From assembly GCA_027491455.1 (NCBI GenBank), contig JAOZFL010000100.1, positions 1 to 14,624 of the forward strand: a stretch of DNA of 14,624 nt. The letters are read 5' to 3'. The position numbers were made by a program, and so were the translations under genes. The DNA is from Thermoproteota archaeon. Lineage in GTDB: Archaea; Korarchaeota; JAOZGF01; JAOZFZ01. Under the pieces are notes generated by a model. The model had not been told where the DNA came from, did not search any database, and was given only the letters and a program-made list of their open reading frames with translations. Below, one piece after another: positions 14,209 to 14,624 of the stretch (positions are counted from its first letter, which is position 1; every line of letters begins with the position of its first letter).

Positions 14209-14624
14209 CTAGATTTGGAGATATCTTAGCGAGCTAAGCCCCTCACCTGACTTGTACAGCTCAAAAGCTTTTATACTTAAACCTTTAGCTTTAGCAGCTT
14301 CCATTAGGGCTTCTTCAATATCTCGATTCTGAGTGGCTATAACTATTTGGGTTTTTCCCTTAATATTTGTTAAAGTATCTATAAAGGCCCCCTTACACTC
14401 TTTGTCAGCCTCTGGTATTGGTTCGTCGAAACCTATGAAACCAAGGTTATGAGGGGTAAAGTTATAGGCTGCTAGTATGAAGGAAATCATTGAAATGGTT
14501 CTTTGTCCACTACTCAATTTGTAAATGACGGAGACAGATTTTCCGTCTGGTGATCTCTTGGCTTTAAACGTGTATATACTTCTGGGGCCTGTTTTTGTTG
14601 GTTGCTCCTCAACCGTTATTTTTA
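14209..14624 (-). CDS. SMC/Rad50-like ABC ATPase, C-terminal head fragment (continues past the right edge)
   Basis: The track ORF starts at TTG 14517, but the frame stays open to 14624 (...KITVEEQPTKTGPRSIYTFKAKRSPDGKSVSVIYK-LSSGQRT...). It carries an ABC signature motif LSSGQRT and a Walker B/D-loop segment LGFIGFDEPIPEAD. QIVIATQN sits at the H-loop position, with Q in place of H. It is convergent with crenactin, with 4 nt between the stop codons. Confidence 0.7.
   Translation of the reverse strand, partial: KITVEEQPTKTGPRSIYTFKAKRSPDGKSVSVIYKLSSGQRTISMISFILAAYNFTPHNLGFIGFDEPIPEADKECKGAFIDTLTNIKGKTQIVIATQNRDIEEALMEAAKAKGLSIKAFELYKSGEGLSSLRYLQI

Overview
This AT-rich window appears to be a core chromosomal segment of a thermophile-like archaeon. 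It shows no mobile elements, CRISPR array or recognisable defence system. The proteins are K/E/I-rich, the structural RNAs are GC-rich, and AGGTG-type Shine-Dalgarno sites and TTG/GTG starts are frequent. Left to right, the content is: a TtuA-like PP-loop fragment, a Pol-beta-type nucleotidyltransferase, a radical-SAM/TRAM protein, a co-directional Toprim (UPF0292-like) - DnaG - Pelota block, and type-2 methionine aminopeptidase. These are followed by a small membrane zinc-ribbon protein, a DUF1512-like membrane protein, a stand-alone 5S rRNA and an ~870 bp stretch with no ORF. After that come the PolD small subunit (DP1), two divergent tRNA genes, RtcA, a crenactin-type actin, and the C-terminal head of an SMC/Rad50-like ATPase that runs off the right edge. 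The most interesting observations come from reading the DNA directly. (1) tRNA-Trp(CCA) only folds if three introns are removed, and tRNA-Gln(UUG) only if two are removed; both carry an intron at the same non-canonical D-arm position. (2) Crenactin lies tail-to-tail with the SMC/Rad50-like ATPase, resembling an 'arcade' cytoskeleton cluster. (3) The long non-coding region upstream of DP1 contains an exact repeated 11-mer, an A-rich tract and a strong palindrome, so it may be an origin, a regulatory region or an ncRNA. (4) A small winged-helix-like ORF is interrupted by an in-frame TAG. PolD together with crenactin and multi-intron tRNAs points to a non-Thermoproteales TACK-type lineage, which is inference only. 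I did not find a convincing novel multi-gene system.
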